Part shown: piece by piece, positions 18,672-27,480 of the stretch | Layout: each line of letters starts with the position of its first letter | How positions within the stretch are numbered: position 1 is the first letter of the stretch | Source of the DNA: a virus | Lineage: Duplodnaviria; Caudoviricetes | IMG/VR virus record: IMGVR_UViG_3300032227_002079 | Span: 1 to 47,984 of that record | Reading direction: 5' to 3' (one strand) | Length of the DNA stretch: 47,984 nucleotides | Program-made: the position numbers and the translations under genes | Notes under the pieces: generated by a model | Databases searched by the model: none | The model's input: only the letters and a program-made list of their open reading frames with translations | What the model was told of the DNA's origin: nothing

Positions 18672-21600
18672 TTAATCAAACGCCTGAATGCTAATTTTTG
18701 CGTGTCCTGAGTAGTTTAATCCTCCATAAGTTAAAGTGCCAGAAGCAAAGAATGTGCTTCCCGCACCACCGCCACCAGTAGCAAATCCACCGCCTGCACC
18801 GCCACCTCCTCCATAATAGCCAGCGCCACCACCACCAGCACCATTGGTTCCATTGCCCATTCCTCCATTGCCTCCCGAGAACAATATGCCAGAAGATGGT
18901 GGTGTAATATTTGAATCATAAATAATACCTCTGGCTCCACCGCCAGATGTTGTTGCTCCATAACCTGCGTTATGACCATAACGACCAATTTCTCCTGCAT
19001 CTTCGTTTCCGTCTGCACCCTTTCCGCCAGATCGAATAGATATCGATGCATGACCACCAGTATAGTTGAAACCAGCCCTATTAATTCCATTACCGCCACC
19101 ACCACCGGCTGCTATTCCAAGTGTTCCAGACCTGTTAATCGATCCAGACAAGAATATACCAGCCATGCCTCCCCCAGCACCTCCAATAAAACTAGTTCCA
19201 GATGCGAATCCGCCAGCACCGCCAAAACCATAGGCTGGTGTTCCAGAAGCTGGACTTCCTCCCACTACCAACGATAATTGCTGACCAGAAGATACAGATA
19301 ATTCTGCATACACATTCGCTCCACCACCACCAGATTGATTGAATGCCCCTCTTCCTCCTGTTGCTCCTTTTAAATTAATTCCCAATTTAGTTGTGCCAGC
19401 AGGAACTGTGTATGTTTGTTCTTCTCCAATATAATTAAAGGTATTTAAATTATTGTAAACTTGCTTATTACTTAAATAGTTTTGTAAAAGTTCTCCAGAA
19501 CTTAGAACTCTGTTGTAAACTTGAACAGATCCTATGTCTCCATTAAATGTTCCATCGGCACCAGCGGTCCATTGACCACTTGCGAGTTTATAACCTCCTA
19601 CTCTCCAAAAGCCACTATAAAGCCCAGCATTTATTGCTCCAGATGAAACAAGTTGATTATTTAAATACATACTTGCATTACCAGATACAACTGTAACTGT
19701 AACATTTCTAAACATGTTGTCAGTTACAATATCTGGACTTATTAAATATTTTTGAGTTCCTTCAAATAATCCATATCTTAGTCTTCCGTCCGTTCCAACA
19801 TAAATATGGCTGTCGTATACACTTGCATTGGTGCCAGACCTGATATTTTCCATTCCGATAATCTTGGTGCCAGCCGGATTTAAAGTTCTAAACCACGCAG
19901 AAATAGTCCACGGATTAGAATTTAAAACTATGGCGTTTGTTGTTGTTGCCTGATTGCCACTAGAATTTGTAAAAGCCAATTTATTTGGAGACACAGAATA
20001 AACCGGCGCTGCCCCAATAAATGTTCCTGTGTTACCTGTTGTGCTATTATCTGTCCATGTTTGAGATCCACTTGTGTATCCTTCAGCTTTATACCATAAA
20101 GTCAATCCGCTTGTAACAGGCGGAGGTGTTGTGGTAGTTGTAGTAACACCCCTTACACAGAAGAAGTTTCTTAGATTGCTGCCTATTGAAATCCATAAGG
20201 CATCTGCTTTTAATGTCTGAACTGGAGAGCTTGTGTTAGCGGCTACACCATTGCCCATCGAACCATTATAACCCCAGTTCCAAAGAGTTCCATCTGATTT
20301 TAATGCAACTACTGCATATTGACCTGTAGCTATATCCGTCCAAGTTTTGTCAGAGCCAATTTGCACAGGACTGCTTCTATGTGTTGTAGTTCCATCTCCT
20401 AAAGCGCCATTTGAGTTATTTCCCCACGCCCACAATGTTCCATTTGCCTTTATTGCTACTCCACCAGTTCCTGTAGCTTGTATGATGGACCATATATTTT
20501 CTCCTCCTATTTGTAAAGGAGAGCTTTTGTTAGTTGTTGTTCCATCTCCCAATGCGCCATCGAGATTTCTTCCCCACGCCCATAAAGTTCCATCATTTTT
20601 AATAGCAAAACTATGACTTTGACCAGCACATACTTTAGACCATGTAGTTGCGCTGCCAACTTGGACTGAAGAACTTCTGTTTATTGTTGTATTGTTGCCA
20701 AGACTTCCATAAGAGTTTTGCCCCCAGCACCATAAAGTTCCATCAGTTTTTAATGCAACTGTATGAAACATGCCTCCAGCTACAAAGCTCCAATTTGTAT
20801 TTGCTCCAACTTGTACTGGAGAACTTCTGTGAATAAGATCATTCAACCCAAGTTTTCCATAAGAGTTTTGTCCCCATGTCCATAATCTACCCGATGTGTC
20901 TATGGCAAAAGTAGTTCTATAACCCAGTCCTACAGAAGACCAAACAACACCAGATAGCACAGCTATTTGAATAGGAGAATTGTTAGATACTACTGTGGAA
21001 TTGCCTAGCTCACCATTAGCATTCGACCCCCAACCCCACATTGTTGAATCCGTTTTCAATGTTACATAATGTTGTGAATAACAAGATTTTGTCGGATTAG
21101 CCCAATCCAAACCTTGAGATGCAGTTTGAGAAGGAGATCGTACAGCAACTGAATTGTTATTACCGTTGCTACCTTCTCCCCATCCAAATAATGAATAAGC
21201 TTGATCAGGTCCGGGCGTTGTTGTAGTTGTACTAGTTGTAGTTGTAGTTGTAGTTGTAGTTGTTGGAGCTGGTGTTGTTGTAGTTGTTGGTACTGGTGTT
21301 GTTGTAGTTGTTGGTACTGGTGTTGTTGTGGATACAACAGGCGTGGTGGTGCTTGTTGTTGTATCTTTATTAAATAATTTAAAGTTATACAACTCTGTAA
21401 AAGAAGGATTCAAATATCTTCCATCATTATAAACTCTTATTCTCAAGTACCTTGCTGTAGTATTTGAGAAATCTACACCAATTCCTGCGCTTGTGCTGCT
21501 ATTATCAAGCAAACTAAATGCATGGACCTCTGTCCAGTTACTAGAAGTTCTAGTTTCTAAATTACCAGATGATGAAATATCTAAGGCGGCATGAGTTGTT

Positions 21601-22088
21601 TTGCCATCAGAAAACATTTGATAATATCTTGCATGATTAAATGTTCTTGTTTGACCAAGATCAATAACAATTGAAAATGGCGAACCAGATGATCCAGCGC
21701 CAGTAAATGTTGAACCACTAGTTAAATCTTTTGCAGATCTACAAGTTGTATTGTTTTCGCTAGCATTTGTAAATATAGATCCAACTGCCGTCCAATCACC
21801 AGATGTTGACATGCTTAAAGAATATGCATTTGGTCCAAAATAATTGGCAGAAACATTCCCAACATTAACTGTAGCTCCACCAAGTGTGGCACCGTTCGAT
21901 GTAGATGCAAAATTAGTGCCATAACTTAAACATGGAACTGCCGTTGTAGTTGTTGTGCTAGTAGTTGTTGTGCTAGTTGTTGTTGTGCTAGTTGTTGTTG
22001 TAACTAAATCTTTTGCAACAACACCAATTATTATTCTTTGCGCTTGGTCTAATTGTATTGTAGCACTTGGATCTATTACTATAGGCAT
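18672..22088 (-). CDS. multidomain adhesin/tail-fibre-like protein: discoidin-like, RCC1 repeats, LamG, Gly-rich domain, joined by Thr linkers
   Basis: IVIDLG...TARYLRIRV (F5/8-type); LWAWG.N..GALG repeats; WTISAWFRT; C-terminal GGGGAGYYGGGGG. Confidence 0.8.
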   Translation of the reverse strand: MPIVIDPSATIQLDQAQRIIIGVVAKDLVTTTTSTTTTSTTTTSTTTTTAVPCLSYGTNFASTSNGATLGGATVNVGNVSANYFGPNAYSLSMSTSGDWTAVGSIFTNASENNTTCRSAKDLTSGSTFTGAGSSGSPFSIVIDLGQTRTFNHARYYQMFSDGKTTHAALDISSSGNLETRTSSNWTEVHAFSLLDNSSTSAGIGVDFSNTTARYLRIRVYNDGRYLNPSFTELYNFKLFNKDTTTSTTTPVVSTTTPVPTTTTTPVPTTTTTPAPTTTTTTTTTTSTTTTTPGPDQAYSLFGWGEGSNGNNNSVAVRSPSQTASQGLDWANPTKSCYSQHYVTLKTDSTMWGWGSNANGELGNSTVVSNNSPIQIAVLSGVVWSSVGLGYRTTFAIDTSGRLWTWGQNSYGKLGLNDLIHRSSPVQVGANTNWSFVAGGMFHTVALKTDGTLWCWGQNSYGSLGNNTTINRSSSVQVGSATTWSKVCAGQSHSFAIKNDGTLWAWGRNLDGALGDGTTTNKSSPLQIGGENIWSIIQATGTGGVAIKANGTLWAWGNNSNGALGDGTTTHRSSPVQIGSDKTWTDIATGQYAVVALKSDGTLWNWGYNGSMGNGVAANTSSPVQTLKADALWISIGSNLRNFFCVRGVTTTTTTPPPVTSGLTLWYKAEGYTSGSQTWTDNSTTGNTGTFIGAAPVYSVSPNKLAFTNSSGNQATTTNAIVLNSNPWTISAWFRTLNPAGTKIIGMENIRSGTNASVYDSHIYVGTDGRLRYGLFEGTQKYLISPDIVTDNMFRNVTVTVVSGNASMYLNNQLVSSGAINAGLYSGFWRVGGYKLASGQWTAGADGTFNGDIGSVQVYNRVLSSGELLQNYLSNKQVYNNLNTFNYIGEEQTYTVPAGTTKLGINLKGATGGRGAFNQSGGGGANVYAELSVSSGQQLSLVVGGSPASGTPAYGFGGAGGFASGTSFIGGAGGGMAGIFLSGSINRSGTLGIAAGGGGGNGINRAGFNYTGGHASISIRSGGKGADGNEDAGEIGRYGHNAGYGATTSGGGARGIIYDSNITPPSSGILFSGGNGGMGNGTNGAGGGGAGYYGGGGGAGGGFATGGGGAGSTFFASGTLTYGGLNYSGHAKISIQAFD

Positions 22089-22115
22089 GTTTTATTTCCT
22101 TTTTAATATTTAGAA

Positions 22116-22994
22116 TCATATATTATATTTTTCACTAGAGCTCTGAAAATTTTGATTAACTTCAGAAGCAGTTAAAGATTTATTGTAAATACGCACTATG
22201 CCCATTTTGCCATTAAAATATTGGGAATACTCTCCATTGTTATAAGATCCCAAATATAAACCTGTAGTAGCATTTAATAGACTAGCAAAACTATGAGTTG
22301 CTTGATTTTGATATACGCCATTTATATACAATTTTATCGTATTTTCAGATACATTTGTCCAAACAATTACAATATGATACCACTGACTTGCAGATAATGT
22401 GTAACTTGTTGAATTTGCATATGTAATACCATTCCCATATTGGGCAAATAAACCGCCAGATGTATTCGATCTTATCGAGTATGATACATCATCACTAGCC
22501 CCACCAGCATTAAATTTGCCCATAATAACAGCACTAGAATTAAAATTTGTATAATTAGCCCAAGCTTCCATCGTCCAATCGCCTGTGCCAGGCTCTAATA
22601 AAGAATTATCTGCTATTCCAATCTGTGATGAAGAACCATTAAACGAAAAATAAGGACTTGTAAATGTAACATTTGATAATACGCCATTTAAACTGTTTCC
22701 AGACAAATCATTTACAGTTGCGCCAGAACCAGAATAACTAGAAGAATTACTTGGATCATAATATAAAACTAAATTTGTTAAAACAGGAGATGGTGTTGTA
22801 GTAGTTGTCGTAGTTGTAGTAGTTGGAACCGAAGTAGTTGTAGTACTTGTAGTTGTAGTACTTGTAGTTGTACTTGTTGTGCTGCTTGTAGTTGTCGTTG
22901 TTGGTATTGGCGTAGTTGTAGTAGTAGGTCCAATTCCTTGCCTAATAACAACAGGATTTTTTAGAGAAATTACATTTCTAATTATTACTGACAT
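22116..22994 (-). CDS. LamG/concanavalin A-like protein with poly-Thr linker
   Basis: LVLYYDPSNSSSYSGSG, WTMEAW, WYHIVIVW and FNGKMGIVRIYNKSL motifs. Confidence 0.8.
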   Translation of the reverse strand: MSVIIRNVISLKNPVVIRQGIGPTTTTTPIPTTTTTSSTTSTTTSTTTTSTTTTSVPTTTTTTTTTTPSPVLTNLVLYYDPSNSSSYSGSGATVNDLSGNSLNGVLSNVTFTSPYFSFNGSSSQIGIADNSLLEPGTGDWTMEAWANYTNFNSSAVIMGKFNAGGASDDVSYSIRSNTSGGLFAQYGNGITYANSTSYTLSASQWYHIVIVWTNVSENTIKLYINGVYQNQATHSFASLLNATTGLYLGSYNNGEYSQYFNGKMGIVRIYNKSLTASEVNQNFQSSSEKYNI

Positions 22995-23001
22995 ATAATC
23001 C

Positions 23002-23009
23002 TATTTATA
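23002..23009 (-). promoter_or_regulatory. T4-type late promoter (TATAAATA)
   Basis: Exact TATAAATA on the minus strand, 7 bp upstream of the first LamG-array gene. Low specificity in AT-rich DNA. Confidence 0.45.
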
Positions 23010-23029
23010 ATTTTTGGCTAGAATAATAT

Positions 23030-23890
23030 ATGCTGAAAGAAATTTTTAAAGAAAATAAACTTAGAATTTCTGTAACTTATGCAATAACAATAACAGAATT
23101 TATAATTTATTCTTTTATTCCATATATCATGGGGCTCGCTATAGACGATCTCCTCGAAGGAAATAAAAGAATGCTAATGGTCCACGGATCCATCTTAACC
23201 TTCTCGATCATAGTAGGAGGCTTCAGAAGAGCATACGATACCAGAGTGTTCTCAGATATCTACGTAACTAAAGCCTCCAAAACTATAAAAATACTAAGAG
23301 AAAAACAATTCGATGAAAAAAAACTCGTTAGCAGATACGGACTCGTAGGAATCTATAGCGACTTCTTCGAATTCACTCTACCACTCACCGTTAGAATTAT
23401 TATAAACCTAGCTGTCGGATTAATAATGATATCAATTATTGAATACAAAATACTATTTTTTGTAATACCAGTGCTCGTTTTATCTATACTAGCACAAAAA
23501 TATGCATCTAAAAAAACACAAAAAATCGAATACGCAATGCAAGATACAAGAGAAAATATATCAAAATGCCTAGTAGAAAACAATTGCTGCAATCAATATC
23601 TCGAAATACAAAAGAAAAGCTTTATACAAAAATCAGATATAGATTCAATAACATGGATGTTTTGCGATACACTATGGTCCGCCTCTGAAGTAGTTTGCAT
23701 AATACTCGTCTGCTCCTTCGGACTTACAATGGGAGAAATAACGTCCGTTCTACTATACTTAACAAAAATTATCATCCATACAGATATGTCTTTTGCATTG
23801 TTCAACCAAATAAGATTACTACAAATGACAGCCGATCTACTAGATGTTAAGGACGAAAATCAAAAGGAGCAACAGATTGCTCACCATTAG
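23030..23890 (+). CDS. ABC transporter six-transmembrane domain protein, no ATPase domain
   Basis: G.AIDDLL and RRAYDTRVFSDIY motifs typical of ABC_membrane_3-type proteins; several hydrophobic segments. Confidence 0.75.
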   Translation: MLKEIFKENKLRISVTYAITITEFIIYSFIPYIMGLAIDDLLEGNKRMLMVHGSILTFSIIVGGFRRAYDTRVFSDIYVTKASKTIKILREKQFDEKKLVSRYGLVGIYSDFFEFTLPLTVRIIINLAVGLIMISIIEYKILFFVIPVLVLSILAQKYASKKTQKIEYAMQDTRENISKCLVENNCCNQYLEIQKKSFIQKSDIDSITWMFCDTLWSASEVVCIILVCSFGLTMGEITSVLLYLTKIIIHTDMSFALFNQIRLLQMTADLLDVKDENQKEQQIAHH

Positions 23891-24014
23891 AAAATCTAAA
23901 AGTCGCCGGATTAAACTTCCAACCCTTTTTCTCACCCGCAAGATGAAAATGCACCAATACTCAAAAATTTTGAATATAAAATTAAATAAACTATAATAAT
24001 TTCGAGGTGCTAAT

Positions 24015-24272
24015 ATGTCAGAGACAAATAACAAAATCCAAAAATCTGTTATCAATAGAGATACATCAAAATACGACTCACCAGATGGATATATCGAATT
24101 AGACTTCGGGGAACTAAGAATCTCATTTAACCCAGCACCATACGCCGGTCTAAGATTAGAACAAGTCGATACAGATAAAAACGGCAAAATAATAATCAGA
24201 AAAATTAATATAAGCCACGCCCAAGCCAAAAAACTTAAACGAGAATTAAGAACCTTCTACCCAAGAGATTAA
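24015..24272 (+). CDS. hypothetical protein
   Basis: GAGGT RBS; 85 aa. Confidence 0.6.
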   Translation: MSETNNKIQKSVINRDTSKYDSPDGYIELDFGELRISFNPAPYAGLRLEQVDTDKNGKIIIRKINISHAQAKKLKRELRTFYPRD

Positions 24273-24982
24273 CGACCATACAAATCATTCGATGGCTTTG
24301 CACCAGGCTTCCTCTCCAAATCCTTCAAAGCTAAATCTAACCTGTGTACAAAACCATCCTTCATGTAAAGATGGTCTATTACAGTTATCATGTCCTTAAC
24401 TAAATCCTTATACAACTCTTTCTCAGAATCATCTTGAGGATCATAATTCGCACTCTTCTCCATAAAATCATGTATGCTCCTACGCAACATGTCCAAATTA
24501 GCAGCTAAAGCACCAACATTCCTAGCCCTAAATTCCTTAATAGATTGCTTCTCATCTCCACTAAAACCCGACTGATCCTGCGGATTCCTAGCATCTTGCT
24601 CTATCCTACCTATATTGTTAAACAAATTCCTCAAATCCTTATCCACATCAACTAATCTTTTCTCTAAATCATTCCTACTATGAATTATCGACCTCTTATT
24701 GTCCGGATCCGTAGACCAAAAATACTCGTCCCTAACTTGAGATAATAATGTATTCACAAATTCACTAAATTTAGATTGACCAACACCACTTACTAAATGA
24801 TTTAACTGATCCTTCAAATCCTTGTAAATATAATCCGCTTCAGTCATCTTCTCGACTTTAGGTGCCACATTCATCTTCTGAACAGCAGCAGGCTCGCTAC
24901 CCATCGCTAAACCAGCAATAACAGGATGATACCACGCCTCATTAACATCTAACCACTCCCTAAAACATACTTCACGACTCAT
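24269..24982 (-). CDS. helical protein with capsid-targeting-like N-terminus
   Basis: FREWLDVNEA; 237 aa. Confidence 0.6.
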   Translation of the reverse strand: MSREVCFREWLDVNEAWYHPVIAGLAMGSEPAAVQKMNVAPKVEKMTEADYIYKDLKDQLNHLVSGVGQSKFSEFVNTLLSQVRDEYFWSTDPDNKRSIIHSRNDLEKRLVDVDKDLRNLFNNIGRIEQDARNPQDQSGFSGDEKQSIKEFRARNVGALAANLDMLRRSIHDFMEKSANYDPQDDSEKELYKDLVKDMITVIDHLYMKDGFVHRLDLALKDLERKPGAKPSNDLYGR

Positions 24983-24986
24983 TATT

Positions 24987-25736
24987 TCACCTTATATAAT
25001 TTAAAAAGTTTACAAGCAAATCTCCATACGCCCTCTTCCTGTCCAATAACGGTATCCCTCCGGGTATCTCTAATGTCACATTCGGTATACCACTCTTCTC
25101 AAAAAACTTCTCCATACTAGCATAATGCTTCGGCTTGCTAGACATACTAACTACCACTCCATTCTTAACCTTGTCTCCATACACCGTCTTGTTGCTTATA
25201 GAATCAAACTTCGTATGCAAAAAATCCTTAAACCACTTAATCACTCCACCAGAACAACCCTCGCTAGGATATAAATAAAAACCATCCGCATTGTCATCCT
25301 CATGCAAAGATAAAAGCATATCTGGAGCAAATTCTAATATCACTTCCTTTACACTCCTTACAGGCTCCTTGTCCTCTCTCCTGTTCCACACACGATTCAA
25401 ATCCCGATCCTTGCCATCCTCACGCTTACCATCCATCAATCCACTAGGATTCATCACCGGAATTAATAACAAATTATTCTTTAAATTTTTTATGTTTTTT
25501 CTATTGAAAAAATCTAATATGCCAAACGGTCCACCAGGCTCGTCACCATGCAAACCACTAATAACACATATCTTCTTGCCACCTGTATCCGGTGTCCTAC
25601 AACAAAAAATCTCGTCACCCTCAGAATCTTTCGACAAGACCTCAAAGGAACAATTGTTGTTCAAACAAACTTTTTCAAATTTGGATTTCAAACCATGAAA
25701 ATCATGCTTTTTTACTATAAATTCATATAAACGCAT
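24987..25736 (-). CDS. M14 metallocarboxypeptidase / succinylglutamate desuccinylase-like protein
   Basis: GLHGDEPGG, PVMNPSG, DLNR, LSLHED and TLE motifs. Confidence 0.85.
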   Translation of the reverse strand: MRLYEFIVKKHDFHGLKSKFEKVCLNNNCSFEVLSKDSEGDEIFCCRTPDTGGKKICVISGLHGDEPGGPFGILDFFNRKNIKNLKNNLLLIPVMNPSGLMDGKREDGKDRDLNRVWNRREDKEPVRSVKEVILEFAPDMLLSLHEDDNADGFYLYPSEGCSGGVIKWFKDFLHTKFDSISNKTVYGDKVKNGVVVSMSSKPKHYASMEKFFEKSGIPNVTLEIPGGIPLLDRKRAYGDLLVNFLNYIR

Positions 25737-25763
25737 ACTATATTTAGTAACACATCACAAATA

Positions 25764-26207
25764 TTAACAACATCCCTTGACACTACAACTATTATTAGTC
25801 ATACCACACTTGTCAGGAGCTAAACAAGCCGTACTCTTCTTCATAACCTCTAAACATAACCTGTCATCACTCACAGTAACACCAAACAATTCATACAAAC
25901 AAATAGTTCCCTCTTGTATCTCAAAATTAACTATATTGTTCTCGTCAATAAACTCAAGACCCTTCTCCAATATGCCCAATAACTTGCTAGCTTTCAAACG
26001 ATGATCAAAATCATCCGCTACCCATACCTGCATAGCACAATATTCTAACTTCCTACGCACTCCACCACAATCAACAAAATCCTTGCTCACATTCCCAATC
26101 TCTGTAATGTGAAAATTCTGAGGAACTATGTCCAACGGAGACTTCCTAATTATTAACTTCTTTTCACCAGAATCCCTCAAAATGTTAGTTAATTCATATA
26201 GTTTCAT
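25764..26207 (-). CDS. DUF6428-like Cys-rich protein
   Basis: FHITEIG...FVDCGG, QVWVADD..HRL...KL, T.CLAPDKCG...GCC. Confidence 0.75.
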   Translation of the reverse strand: MKLYELTNILRDSGEKKLIIRKSPLDIVPQNFHITEIGNVSKDFVDCGGVRRKLEYCAMQVWVADDFDHRLKASKLLGILEKGLEFIDENNIVNFEIQEGTICLYELFGVTVSDDRLCLEVMKKSTACLAPDKCGMTNNSCSVKGCC

Positions 26208-26227
26208 AATTACACTTCTCTTTGTAA

Positions 26228-26298
26228 AGCGGGTAACGAGATTCGGACTCGTACGAAAAGGATGGAAACCTATTATGCTACCGTTACATCATACCCGC
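26228..26298 (-). tRNA. tRNA-Gly (TCC)
   Basis: Acceptor GCGGGTA/TACCCGC plus T; anticodon loop TTTCCAT; T arm ACGAG-TCCGAAT-CTCGT; CCA not encoded. Confidence 0.85.
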
Positions 26299-26347
26299 AT
26301 AATCCTATTATAGTTGTATTAAGTTTTTTTTCCAACTATAATTCTAA

Positions 26348-26707
26348 ATGGAAATAGGATACGAAAACTTTAGACAAGAAAAAGTATGCAGAAATTGCAA
26401 TACATGTAAACCAATTGAAGAATTCCCACACTTCAGTACTAACCTAGCCGGAAGAAAAAATACCTGTAAAGAATGTACAAAAAACCTATTCTCGCTTAGA
26501 CAAAAACTTAAAGCAGAAAACCCTCCTCCTCCATCTGGTAATTGCCCCATATGTAATATGCATACCGAATCATGGATCCTCGACCATTGCCACTTCAAAA
26601 ATAAATTCAGAGGCTACATATGCAATAGCTGTAATCTAGGCATAGGAAGATTCAACGACGATGTCGAACTTCTAAAAAAAGCCATAGAATATTTGCTAAA
26701 AGAATAA
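26348..26707 (+). CDS. endonuclease VII-like (His-Me) protein with N-terminal Zn finger
   Basis: CPIC...LDHCH....RGYICNSCNLGIG.FNDD. Confidence 0.85.
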   Translation: MEIGYENFRQEKVCRNCNTCKPIEEFPHFSTNLAGRKNTCKECTKNLFSLRQKLKAENPPPPSGNCPICNMHTESWILDHCHFKNKFRGYICNSCNLGIGRFNDDVELLKKAIEYLLKE

Positions 26708-27071
26708 GTTATTTGTCAGATTCTATGCACGATTATCAAACGCAAACCCCCGCAAAATTTTTAAGATTTTGCGGGGGAATAAGTTATTTTTTGTCCTCGG
26801 AAAGGTATCCTAACGGAAGAAAGTTCTAAGAGCGAAATTCTATGCTAATAAGTTATTTTTGAGATTCTATGCACGATTATCAATCGCAGTCCTGAGAGAA
26901 AGAGCGAAATTCTATGCTAATAAGTTATTTTTGAGATTCTATGCACGATTATCAATCGCAGTCCTGAGAGAAAGAGCGAAATTCTATGCTAATAAGTTAT
27001 TTTCTGCCCACGAAAGGGCATCCTAACGGAAGAAACTTTTAGGAACTAAGTTCTATGCGAATAAGTTATTT
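26703..27071. repeat. array of six AATAAGTTATTT sites at 69-75 bp spacing with two unit types; candidate origin iterons
   Basis: Copies start at 26703, 26778, 26847, 26919, 26991 and 27060. Units 26847-26918 and 26919-26990 are identical. Confidence 0.9.
26747..26777. terminator. strong hairpin between convergent genes
   Basis: CCCCCGCAAAAT-ttttaag-ATTTTGCGGGGG, a perfect 12-bp stem. Confidence 0.6.
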
Positions 27072-27480
27072 GTTTTTATTTTTATAATAAGTTTCTAATT
27101 GCTTTATTTTTTTGCACTCTTTACAAATAGATGTTTTGCCATCTATTCTTGTATTGTCTATAGAAAAATTATCTATATCTTTTATTTCCTTACATTTATT
27201 ACATTGCTTTTTACCTTCACTAGCATAAGGATTTTCTTTTTGTAACGAAGGTTTTGGTCTGCTACCAGCAATAGAACCTCCTTCTCTTTCACAAATATAT
27301 CTTCCATTTCTGGCAATATTTTTATCGTATGTTAATCTAAGAGCTTCATGTTCTTCCTTGCAAAAGTCACAGAAAAATTTTACTTTATCAGTAGCAACAG
27401 TTTTTTTATAATATTTGTTTGATGACTTTCTGCTTTTTTCTTTTCTATCTTTAACATAATCTACACCATTTAAATTACTC
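27066..27480 (-). pseudogene. 3' half (Zn-finger part) of the endonuclease gene split by the IS element
   Basis: In frame with 28986..29533 once 27481..28985 is removed; CDFC..., CNKC...CKEC. Confidence 0.75.

Noticed and set aside
1680-21200. Diversity-generating retroelement acting on RCC1 or LamG genes
   Set aside because: No reverse transcriptase in the window, and I saw no near-identical template/variable repeat pair differing only at adenines. Similarity is at the protein-repeat level.
23844-23996. 50-aa very basic ORF (MLRTKIKRSNRLL...)
   Set aside because: Overlaps the end of the ABC-TM gene, has no clear RBS and no recognisable motif; not supportable.
26703-27071. CRISPR array paired with TnpB as a Cas12f-like system
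   Set aside because: The conserved core is only 12-21 bp, the intervening sequences are duplicated or related rather than unique, and the tnpB has its own IS ends and lies inside another gene, so proximity looks incidental.
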